Source: Botryllus schlosseri (lineage: Eukaryota). From it: a DNA stretch of 64,000 bases. The stretch covers positions 16,618,001 to 16,682,000 of the forward strand of contig CM119372.1 of NCBI GenBank assembly GCA_051294905.1, read 5' to 3'. Numbering within the stretch: position 1 is the first letter of the stretch; every line of letters begins with the position of its first letter. Positions 28,535 through 40,800 of the stretch are shown piece by piece. The translations under genes were made by a program, and so were the position numbers. A model generated the notes under the pieces. It searched no databases and had not been told where the DNA came from. It saw nothing but the letters and a program-made list of their open reading frames with translations.

Positions 28535-29278
28535 CTTGAATTATGCAAACATTTTAACATCACCACTTCGACAAAAAATTGGTACGATTACAGCCCAGCA
28601 CCAGTGACAGAAAACGAACAAGTAAAAATTCTGTGGGATGTACCAGTTATAACTGACCGCGAAATCAGGAGCAACCGCCCGGATATAATCGTCAAACTAA
28701 AAAAGAAAAGAGAATGCTTATTCATTGAACTGGCTGTCCCAGCTGATCACAACCTACTGCAAAAAGAATCAGAAAAATACTCCAAATACGCAGACCTCAA
28801 AATGGAATGTGAGAAAATGTGGCGATGCAAAATAAACATTGTACCGATAGTCATTGGTGCTACGGGGGTCGTGAGCAAAAAAGTCATGAGACATATCCAA
28901 CAAATTCCGGGTAACGTTCGATTCGACATGATCCAAAAGATCACATTATTGGGCACTGTGCACATTCTTCGGAAGGCCTTGAATGCACCACTGGACTAAA
29001 ATTACGCTTGTGAATCACAGCATAATTTCTGTAATTTCGATTCTTCATCTTCAATCATCTCTACCTCTGCTCTGTAACCCTTGCCAATTCTTCATCTGCT
29101 GCAATTCTGTAATCTGACTTCTCCGTGTATTGCATAGGAATAACAATTTGAATGTATTACTGAAATTTTAAAAATTTACTCCAATCTCGCCATTTTCCTT
29201 TGGGGGCAGGTTGCTCCCCGGATTATGTGTGTATCTACCAGTTTTACTGTGACTAAAGAATATGATAATAATAATAAA
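28535..29278 (+). mobile_element. 5'-truncated R4/Dong-clade non-LTR retrotransposon (restriction-like endonuclease domain + 3' UTR + TAA tail)
   Basis: Translation LELCKH...WY...ENEQVKILWD..ITD..I..NRPDII...FIELAVP......EK..KY..L...IVPIVIGATG...LLGT..ILRK matches the C-terminal RLE domain of R4/Dong elements. Stop at 28999. TAA repeats on both sides (28516-28534 and ~29263-29278). Confidence 0.85.
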
Positions 29279-30734
29279 TAACAGAGTTCGGGGATAGAGT
29301 TCGAAGCATATAAGAAAATCTGGGAGGGCTAGCTGGAAGTGTTTAGGGAGTCAAACATATCAAAACAATGATGAAAACGGATAACATCACAACGGTTGCG
29401 GACAGAAACGTCCCCCCTAGCTACACCGCCATCATACCTAACGAGAAATTGGTGATCACATAACTGCTTTTTTAAACGCACTTTTGTATTGGAAGAGATA
29501 GGCTTGTATGTTTGAAAAAGATTTACTAATTTGATACGGCGATATCATTTAGATGACTCACCACCAGGAAAAAGCTCGTTTAGAGAAAAAACTTTCATTC
29601 ATCCGTCATACAACCATGGAGTTGGGATTAGCGCGGCGTAGTCCGCGAGCTGCGAATGTACGCCATTGATCATTATCACGATGTCAGCCGGTATCATGCT
29701 CCGGGAAATGTCTCCAAAACAGATCTCACAAGTTTTCCAGTAAACTTCATGACAATATGTAATCCGATTTTTATCTGAGGCTGTCATAATCGACGAAGAA
29801 TAGAACAATGTGTCCGGTAATCATTTGTACGATCACGTTGTCAGCCAACGGTATACGGTGATCGCCGTGACTCGATGGCGAAACTGCAGTAATGATCTTG
29901 TTTTTGAGGAAATTCGGATGTGTTTCGTACTTGTAAAAAGACCGTCGACTCACCTTTGTTTATTGATTTTGATGGCGTTTATCCAATAGTCACTTCAATA
30001 ATCTGTGTAAAACGGGTGCATTCACTCTGATTCGCGGAGGCAAACGGGCGCATTTCGTTGCGTACGTGACGCAAACGTCGTTTGATGATCACGCGACGAA
30101 GTAACGGCTATCGTGCGTATTTGTTTCGCGTTTTTCACGTGATGCGCGTGTGGGAATGGAGTGTGTGATGCAATACGTTGATGCTTGATTCATATCTTTT
30201 AAATATGACATGATCTTCATTAAAGTCGATGGTGTGAAAATTATATAGGCATCAGCCATTTTCCTCATAAAGTCCCGTATTCACACTGCAGCTAAAAGAT
30301 ATTCACAAAAGGTATCATTATTCCAGTCAATCAATCTTTGTGATATCGGGGTGACGCATAATCGCTTCTTAGCCCTTCGAGAAATTTCCGCCCTGCATTT
30401 CTTCACTGTTGCATTTTCTCGATCGGTCAGGGCAGAGAATGAATCCAAGATAGTTTTCTACCGATTTTATGAAGGAGCTGTGCCATACAACACCACGGTT
30501 GGGGTTGGTACCAGTGCCGGTAAAAAGTTTCAAACCTTAATATTCCTCGCTGATCTTTACTTCCAGCTTTTGTTTGAGACAACATAACATATAGAGCGCA
30601 GTGTCCCCTTAAGCCTCATCGACAGTTCGTACAATTGAGAAGAGAAATATACAGCGAGCAAATTATTTCTTTTGTACCGAAGGTTTTTGTGTGTTGCTGT
30701 CGTTGTAAATTCGTCTTCTTACAAGCGTCTAAAG

Positions 30735-32401
30735 CAGTGGTTCCCAAACTTTTTCGGTGTCAGGGCCAAATTTAGAATTTCAGAGCACGGTTGGGGCCGC
30801 ACGAATACCAGGGCAATTAAACGGACCCAAAATGTCATCAAAATATGAAAATTGGCATTGTTCCGATCAATCACTTGACGCCATTGGCCATTGTTATGGT
30901 CATTGTGTTGCTGAGCTCCCATTTTTCAGAACAGTCGACCTTTGGAGGCTATTTCGGAGTAGTTTTATTGCCTGGCGAGATTTCAATTTGCATTTTTAGA
31001 ATCAGTGCGAAACTAGCTTTCGATAAAGACCGGACCTATCAAATTATGCGGACGCTTCGGTCGTGAGCTATAGGACTACCAATTATGCTGCTTTCGGGGC
31101 GATTTAGTGAGTCAGGTTTTATTGCCTACACGCGCGAAGAGCCAAAATTTTCTGTAATTCATGATTGAATCGGTCAATATGATCGGGAATTGCATAAGTA
31201 TTGCCATCAATTTTTATTGTCTCTCAGCTCACGTAATCAGTTTTACAGGTAGAGCCGAGGTAAGTATATTTGAAAAGGTAGGGCCCTTCAATAATAAATA
31301 AACATCTTCGCGCGTTTGTACCCGTTGACAGGAACGAAACAGCACTTCGTCAGCCCCCCCTCCAAAAAATAAAAATAAAAATAGTAAACTTGGGTCTTGG
31401 GATCCCATATAGGGTGATAAACATATCTCTATCACCTTGTTCACTTTTGCCACGAAACCAGCTGATGTTCTGTGAAGCGAGTCAGCGCAAAGCGCGAAAA
31501 TTTTCGATAATTCATGATAAAATCGGTCAATATGATCGGGAATTGCATATATATTGCTATCAATTTCTTGTCCTCGCTGCTCACGTAATCAGATTTACCG
31601 GTAGAGCTGAGTGAGGTGTCTTGGAAACTGTAGGGCCCATTAGTATGATTCCGTAACATGTTATTTCGTGACCTCCTGTCTGCTATATCAAAAAAATATA
31701 GAATCGCCCAAATGTAGGCTTCTAAACTAAGAGACGCACACGATTTCAAATTGGTATATCTTCACTGGAATACAATTTTTCCCTGCGGGATGGTATTTGT
31801 CCCGTGAGGTTAAGATTGCCAAGACAGTACTTTGTATATATAACGACGTTTTCGGTCAGCATAAGGGCAGTCCTGTTCGGCCAAGGTTTTCTCGCGTTGT
31901 GTGTCGTGGCGCGGTAAAGGCTAACGCCGATATGCCCAATGCCCATTTCTATAAATCTTGCACATTTTCCTTGGGGATGAGTACCCGAAAATCAAGATAT
32001 TTGGTAGCATAAAATCACGCCTACAGCAAAAACAAATTGAAAAAGATGCATAAATTTTCCGAAGAATACTCTATAATTTATGCTAATTCACGAAATAATT
32101 TTGAGCCCCGTTCGAGCTCGCTCCCCGCCCTTTCATTGGGGGTTTGGCGTGTGGAAGTTACAGTCCTGTCTTTACCTATATCTATAGCTACTGCTCGTTC
32201 AACTGGTCGTAACGAGAACAGTTTACTCACGACTTTCCTGCAATCTTAATTAAAAACTCCAGACTCCAAGCCAAGCTAATGTATTTTATAAATATAAATT
32301 TAATTTTTTGTCATAACTCGATTTCCTAATAGTTTTTGGGGCCGCAAGAAGGCTAGCTGGGGGCCGCATGCGGCCCTCAGGGCCGCGCTTGGGAATCACT
32401 G
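30735..32401 (-). mobile_element. Composite non-autonomous hAT element, copy 2 (inverted relative to copy 1)
   Basis: TIRs CAGTGGTTCCCAAAC / CTTGGGAATCACTG. Perfect TSD GTCTAAAG at 30727-30734 and 32402-32409. Carries the same nested insert (end at ~32168), whose other end is deleted. Confidence 0.9.
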
Positions 32402-35083
32402 GTCTAAAGCTGCGACAGTGACACTTTGCGCGAGAAAAAATATGAAACTCTCATGGTTATATGACACCAATAACGTCACAGTTTCAAATTATCAAATTCT
32501 ACGATAGGCACTATCGCTCTTTTCCAACTCTTAGCCCCTCTGCTGGATTCGTCACTTGAAATAACAAGCATGAACAGATTGAACAGATGAGCACGAATCA
32601 CAGGTGCCGCCAAATAAGTTGTGTTGTTTTTCACGCCAAACAGATACACACGCGGACGCGGTGGCCTCTATAAACTAAAGAGCAACTTTAAGGTATGGTA
32701 TGGTGTGTAGACAATGCGTTTATCCCATTGTTGAACCGTATTAACCGGACAGTGTGCTGTCACGTAACAATAGTTGGTAAATATAGAAAAGCTATTGAAA
32801 GACGACTGCAAACAGTTGCAATGGAAATTATCTCCGCGGACTTTCGGAATCAAGATGTCAAGCAGAGTTCGTACCCCGGGAATCCCAAGGTTGACGTAGC
32901 CATTGTGATATCGGACGCTCGGTAGATCACGAACAGAGCTGGTTACAATACCACGACAACATATCTAAGTGCCGTTGGAATTCCGACTACAGTTGTTTCC
33001 CTGGGTATCTCGGTCATAATCGTGTAGATGACGAGAAATAGAAGGGATTATGTTTAAAAATAAGGAGGAGAATGGGTGGTTTGCGTGGTGCTGGGAAAAT
33101 AAGCAGGCGAATTGACAGGTGTGCGAAACAGTGACTTTGGCTCGAAGCAAAAGATGCGAGCCCATATGGGAGAATGTCCGAACGCATTCTGTTGCCGGAA
33201 AATGAGCGGTGTTGCCACAATAAATGAATCGTAAGATGGGCTAAGCAATATGCTCTGCCGAGAGTCGTCAGAATTAACTATGTTGTAAACATCAAATGAA
33301 CATTCGGAATGAATGAATGTTTTATATGAGTTGCGTGGAGTGGAGAAAATATGGTGTACTTTTAGGTCACGAGATGTGAGTCAATTTGATAAATTTGATA
33401 AATCTTGCCACATCATTCTCGATAATCCAAAGGCGAAGTTACTAGGGAAGTCTATAGTGTGATGTGCGACGTACAACCAATGGAGTCAGCGGACTCGGGC
33501 ATTCGCGAAAATCGAAACATACAGCTGGAAATAAAGCCTCCGGCTTGATCCACAGGCAATGGAATGAATGGCACGCAGAGATTGTTCGATTTATAGCACA
33601 GTTTCATTTCAATGCGACGTATGGAATATATCGCTGTACTGTAATACAGCTGCTCCATTGAACAAGCATACTGGATATGATATGATACATCCTCCATTAT
33701 GCTAAAGTGTGCCGTTGATTGAATGGAACTTATGGTATGTTGTGGGATGCGTGTTTATGAAATAAACTCCGAGGGTCCGAGTGAGTTCCGAGAAGCGGAA
33801 TGTCAGCCCACCTGCATAATGTGAAGAGCTGACGAGTGCTTCCCCATTCTATAATTATTAGGAGGATTATCAATCTCACGTATATCCACACATTACTTTG
33901 TAGACAACCGCTGTAGATTAAAGTCTCACTGTAGCATCAAATATATCAATGACTATGGCGAACTTAGCACATATGGGCTATGTGTTACACTGCGATAGTC
34001 GAATCCAGCGAGTCCGTTAGTCGAACGGGTATAGTCAGCTTATATTGGAATTGCAAACGTATTCATAACTACTTACGTCATGTTTGTGTTCGATGAAATA
34101 ATACTCTTGTATTTCTGTTGAGAAAATCTAGATATGATTCAGAAAATCCAGGTATGATTTCATATCGCTATGCCATTTGCGCTTGACTAATTATCACGGT
34201 TTTGAGCAGACCCAGTGAGTTCCAGAGCTGGCTGGGTGATGGATCCCCACCGGCATTTTTATTTCTGACATTCTAAGAATCTCAGGAATCTGGAGACAAT
34301 GCCCCTGGAATAATAGTCGACATGTGTTAATGATTTGATATGATACGCGAAACAATAGCATATAGGCGTGCTCAAGAGTCTACCGCCGATAAGTGATACA
34401 TATTCACGGCTGTTATATTCGGCTATTGTACAACGTCATACTTGGCGCTTTTCTTTGTTTCGAAACAGACTCAACTGTGATGACAATGGCAAAGGTCGCC
34501 AGCAGCCAAGAGGTTCCAAGAATCCGATTTAATCCGATGCGCCCGTAGGGAGGCGGCTATCCTCCGGCGTTGAACATAAAATAAGGGAACATTTGTATTG
34601 CAGCAAATATACAATTACGTCGCGTGTTCGAAGTCTAATTTTTTATCGCAATGGGTGGGAGTGAAAATAAAGGCCTTATCTGCGTTGCATGTCGGATACA
34701 AAACCAACGAAAGAATGTTAAAATAATTCCTTATTGTGGAATGCGTCTCTAATTTCTAGATCGCGTTTGTATTCGGGACTCAAATAAAGTTGTATCCAAA
34801 CGTTCACTAGACCCTTTTCTGTGTTTCGGCAATTCGCTCGTACATCGAATTCACTTTTTATTGCCAGTAATGTGTGATTTGAGGGAAGTATTCAAAACAT
34901 ATGTGGATTATTATAATAGCCTTCTCCATACGGACTACCGCAATAATGTATTTCGTCTTCAAAGATGAAACATTTTCCGGAATTCGTATGCTGCTTGCAA
35001 CAGCGCGGGGTTTATGTGCAAGAGTTATACGGCATGACGGAAGTTCTATCTATATAGTTAGGCTCGCGCCGATTTGTCTAACA

Positions 35084-36126
35084 CAGGGGTTCTCAAAGGG
35101 TGGGCCATGGCCCACTGGTGGGCCACAGGCGTAATTTGGGTGGGACACAGAGCTATTTGGAAGATTGTAGAATTAGTGAAAATTGGATGGCATTTTTTTG
35201 TTCATATATTCAAAAATATATCGATGTTATCAAATTATACGTATGCTACATAAACCTTGTCATCCGACTCTGACAAGTATTCCGGTCATACGCTGTATGC
35301 CTTTGAAAAGTGTGCGCATTGAGCTTTGACTGAAGTGCATTTGATGTAGATTTACGGCCCGTCAGCAGGTTGTATTATAGTAACATAAATACGAACCACA
35401 ATTGCAGTTTATTATCAATTTTCAATTTCCTGACTTCTGTGGAAGTATACCCCGCAACGAATCGTAATGGATTGAGGAGTTGGCACAGCACATTGATCTT
35501 CGGAGTCGGTCTAAAAATGTCCGGCCTTGAAATCATTGTACATAATGTAAGAGTCACATGAATTGGTGGTACCATTGGATTTAATGTTGTGACATCGCAA
35601 CTTCAAAAGGTACAAGACATATACTAAGTAGGCCTACATCGTACTAATGGCATATTAATAAATTATTTCTCCACTTCTCTGTAGCACCCCATTCATCAAA
35701 AAATTGTTTGAAGCGGGCCCAGTATGGTTATATTATTCCCCACCAGAGAGGAATTAAAACCTCAATCACACAGTGGCGGGGATTGGATCATTGGGTTTCA
35801 CGTCTTGAGTGAAACAGAGGTTGTGCACAAGAGTTATACGATATTGCAGGGCCGTAACTATCGCACCCCTAACCCACAATTGGGGGAGCTCGAAGTTGCC
35901 AAAAATTCTTTTGTTTGTTGTCTGGTGGAGATTTATTTCCCTCACGTCGACATTTAAATAAACAGTAATAAAAGAAAACTGTGCATGTTTTAGAGGAATA
36001 GCCATATCGGTGGCGGTGATTAGCCTACCACACATTGAAATGAACTATGACTTTATAAGAGGTGGTCCCCAGAACATTTTCAAACCGTAAAATGGGCCAC
36101 AGCCAAAATATGGCTGAGAACCCCTG
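35084..36126. mobile_element. Non-autonomous hAT (Charlie/Buster-type) element
   Basis: TIRs CAGGGGTTCTCA / TGAGAACCCCTG. Perfect TSD GTCTAACA at 35076-35083 and 36127-36134. Subterminal GGGCCAC repeats. Confidence 0.9.
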
Positions 36127-37571
36127 GTCTAACATCATGCATACAAGCCCACCGAACGCCAGGTATGCAAAAAAAGCGACCGCACACCGCTAGGTCAGAT
36201 CTCGAACCCAAAGTTGTGCAGAGGTGTTTCAGTGGTTACTATGGTTACATATGACTATAGTGTTCGAGCTTGAATGCTGATATAGTTACAGCTATATAAG
36301 TCACATATATTGGCTCTAAAAATACCTAATATCCCGAGACTTAACAGCAAAAAGTGATTCAAAAGCTATACGGAGCTAGAATTTATATATTTTCGGTTCT
36401 GATTTCGTTTTATAGGATATCCTCCTACGTTGCATAATATAATCGCCTTGCTGGGCATTTTCCGATTTTATCCCGGCTTGCCTGCATAAAGAAACAAAAT
36501 CGTGATAGCGATTGGAGGAGAAGCGTACATCGTCTTCGAAACCGTCAGCTTACAAGGCATAAAAGCCAATCAGGTATTCACATAAAACTTATACGAGGTT
36601 AATTACGACAGAAGGCTTATAATCCGTAGTGCGTCACTTTTCTTTTCGTCGAATGTATTTTTATTGAGGAAACACCGTTTTTGTCGCCGAAGGTATCATC
36701 CGACCACAACGTAAACATCTAAAATCTTCATTGTTATAAAATCGGTTTTTACCGCAGATATTTTACCAGGAAATTTGTGTGTAAACTCTTTCTGTCCTGT
36801 CTATGGCATGACTTTCGCGGCGGCAAAATATCGATTTCATTCGAGACAATGACATTCGGTTAGTTTCTATTTTTCTGAATTTTGTGACGTTTATTTCCTA
36901 AATTTGTCCAGCGTTCGTTAATCCGTACTTTAATTATTGGCGACTTTGTGTAAAAGCATTTCTGCAGGAATTTCTGCTGTTTGCCGAGTCCAATCGATCC
37001 TAATTGATTTTGGGGGGAATGATTTTAATTGACCGCGCAAGCAATTATCGCCGGAGCTATTCATTACGCGCTGATAAATCCAATCTTCTCCGTAATTTTG
37101 ACATTTAATTGATCCAGTCTCCAACTCATTTGCGATTTACCCGATTTGTGACTAATCATCGCCTGTAGGTAGGGAAGATGTCACGACTAGACTTCCTAAA
37201 AACACATCGCATCAGAATTGTCGATGTGGGGGCAATCAACGTAAGTTATTAGCTTACCAATACCTCTACCGTAATTGGCAACCCAAATTACAAGGAAATT
37301 GTGAATACGTAGAAATGAAATTCCTGTATCGTATCCATCACAGGACTAAATGTCCTCAAATTCCATTCCTTATCTTTTTCCTATATATATATATTTATTA
37401 ATTTTTGACGTTACGATTGGCTCTTCTAATCGGACTTCACAATCCTATATACTTGACTAGAGACTTTTATAGCTTGGGCCATTTGAAGAATAAAAAAGGA
37501 AGAAAAGGAATAAAAATTGTATGCTGGTGAATGTGGATTTATAACTGTCGCTATAGTTACTTCTCCTATAT

Positions 37572-37868
37572 TAGTGGTTCTCAAACTGTTTTAGACACGC
37601 CCCCTTTTACGATAGTCAAAAATCTTGCGCCCCCTTATCATCATATCACAAAATGCAACCAGAACGCTAGCCATACTAATGGATAGTTAATGTCATGGAA
37701 GGTTATGACTGTTGATGGGAGCATTCTCAAACATGAATTCGGACTATACAACTCCGGGCAATAGCTATGAATTGGAGGTAAATCGCGCAGACCGCGAATA
37801 TTCTTTTCAGTTCATCGCAGTTTCGCGCCCCCTACAAACGCTTCACGCCACCAGTTTGAGAACCACTG
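37572..37868. mobile_element. hAT (Charlie/Buster-type) MITE
   Basis: TIRs TAGTGGTTCTCAAACTG / CAGTTTGAGAACCACTG. TSD TCCTATAT / TTCTATAT (1 mismatch). Confidence 0.85.
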
Positions 37869-40800
37869 TTCTATATCTTAGATATAAAATCGGATGAAAA
37901 TAAGTCGAGGTTGTGTTAACCTTTTTCACGCGATAGCTTCCTGGTGATAAAAGACTACCTTATCATGCTATATAATATTTTTTGTTTCGCGGAAGCGGTC
38001 AAAAGGGTCGTCGTTTCTACTCAACAAACAGTAACGTCGTAAATCTGCACTCAGATACAAGTAGAATCACCGATTTGGAAGACAATGATAAAATAAATCC
38101 AGCGTTTTAAAAGTACGCAGGTAAGTATTGCTTGGTTGAAGGGCCACATACAATTAGCAGATAATCGGAAGTGGCTACTTTCAAAAATGAAAGTAGTGTC
38201 TTCGCGACTAAAACAAATTTACTAATGTCCAGAGCCCACGATAACATAACTTAACTTAGGTTAGGACTGGTCATCAACAGCACTACAGGTGATGGAAATC
38301 TTCGAATATATATTGTGTTACCGTGATACACGGACAATTTTACGTTGTTTCATAACAATTTCACTTGTAAGAGTGACGGAGTCTTGTCCCAAACTAGTTT
38401 CTGCCGTTTAAAATCGAAAGCGTAAAAGGTAAGTAATTTTACATTAAAAACTGATCAAGTACAAGCGGAAGTAAGAAGTGCTTGGCAAAATCTACTCGAG
38501 AGCTCCGAAAAAGAAGAAGTGCCTCGGTACTGGCCACGTCTGACTGTAATACAACCGTACATACATAGTGAAAATGAAAGTGAGATTCAGCTCATGTTGG
38601 AAATAGTTGCTTTCTCCAAAATACCTAAACGGTAACGTATGCGTTCACGAGATCAGTCGCGCACATGTAACGTAATAAAACGTGCTATTGGTTTATGACT
38701 GTTTGATCTACAGAACGCCAGGATATGAGGATACTGAAATATTACAGAGACTCGATTTACGAATTTCGTCACATATCCGACGACATACACATTACGCAGT
38801 ATTCTTATTGTGTACGTCAAACGCATGTCACCGCCCGTGATATATAGCAAACGGTGAATCGTAAAAGCACATTTGCTGCAATATGACATTTTAAATGTAG
38901 AATTTTTATTGGTTTATGTGTAGCTATGACTTTCAATAGTATCAGTGTAAAAAGAGATATCTTGCTGCTGAGGAGTATCAGGGTTATCTAGTTCTAGCTA
39001 TCCTTGCATAGCGTCACGGCTGGTGAAGCGTAGCGGCTGCAAGATAATCGGATCAGTTCTGGTAAATATTCAACTATTATTCTGGTATTTTGAATCGATC
39101 AAAATTTACAATAAAGCGATTCTGAATTCCGAAAATAGTTGCGGTAATAGAGTGTAATTTTCCATAGTGCCCGAAAGTCAACTTACTAAAGTAGACGCAT
39201 ATCAAAGTCTCAAGTATAGTGATGAACTTTGAACTTGAACTCGGGCTTAAACCAAGTTTCACGAGCGCTTCCGGCATTCTTGTCGGGATCAATTGAGAAG
39301 TTTGGACGCGAACAAACCTGGGGTTTAAGAGTGGCTCAAGAGACGACATTTCCCCAATGCACGATGGATGTCGGATCTCGGGTTTAAACAAAATCTCAAC
39401 AATTCAAGCTCCAGCACCAGATCATACACGTTGTTATAAAAGTTGAAAAGACTCAACATCTCGCGTTTGAAATAGTAGGAGGTAATATTTTAGTTTTTGC
39501 GTCAACCGACCGTGGCCCTTGACAAGAAAGGGAGATATGGGAGTTGATTTCAAAGAAACTGCGCGGTCGTTTTGCGTTGCTCAGTCGATTCAAACTCAAT
39601 ACATAAATGCAGGCATGCAAAATTGAGAACGTCATCGCGTTGTTTTGCAAACCTTATAATACATGATTTTACTAATGTACGCGCATGGCGAACTTTCGTT
39701 CCATTGTTTTCGTACCTTTGCTGACTGTTACAGTATATTTAGATGTCAACATCAACATCAGTGTGTCGTAAATAGCAATATCGATGTAATTTGATTGCGC
39801 TATGGAATATCCGATCCATCAAGCACCAATATCTTTCATATCGATTAATGTGACTCGCGATTCGAATATTCAAATATCGTACACTGTAAATAAATGGATG
39901 GAACGGAAGTGTATTTACCAATTTTCGCCGTGGCGGAGGTGTAACTCATTTCGGCGGTACATTCGGATGCGTAATTAGGCCGTTACGCCCATTCAAGTTG
40001 ACGTAAACGAACCAAATGCACCATTTCATATGAAGATATATCTTAAGGGAGTTATAGCGAGTTATGTTTACGCGTGCCACCTTGTTGCGCGTTTTGGGTA
40101 CACCATCAGAATCCATCACACCGCAGCGATATAACCCTATATGAAACAGTGCATCTGGCTCGTTTACAACGACTGGAACGGGTGTGTAATGCAGAATTTC
40201 CATACCTGAAAGTGCTGATGACTTTATTTACACCCTGTATTGTTGTATGGAAATCGGTAAACTATACGATTTTCGTTTCGACCGTAGGGTGTCGGTGCTG
40301 GGAAAATTGTCGGGCATTCTGTTATGGCAATATAACAATATTGCTCTGTCATGCGTAGTAGAATTTAAGTTCTACTATAAACTGCATACTATAAATCAAA
40401 TAACCCGAAACCAATTCGACACCCGGAGCTTGAGTAACCCACGCGTAAGTTCATTTCCAATCGGATGGAATTTGTCGAAGGTGCAATGATAAAATTATGT
40501 GATTACAGCCGCCGGAATCGACCGCAGGAACAACGCGAGCGTTCTGTCGTCCCGCTTTTCCATCCATACTTCAAAGATCCCGTCCACCGCACGATGAGTG
40601 AACCATCCGGAGTTCACATTGCGATGTAGTGAATAAAAACCGCATGCCGTTCGGCAGACATCCTTCACTACGCTCGAATATTAGCCGCGAGGCGAAGGTG
40701 CGGGAAATGCGCATTCCAAACTTGGCATGCGACATCATGACATCGTTAAACGTTCCCCTGGTAAAAATCACGAGTGCCTTTACAATGGCTATAGGGTTAA

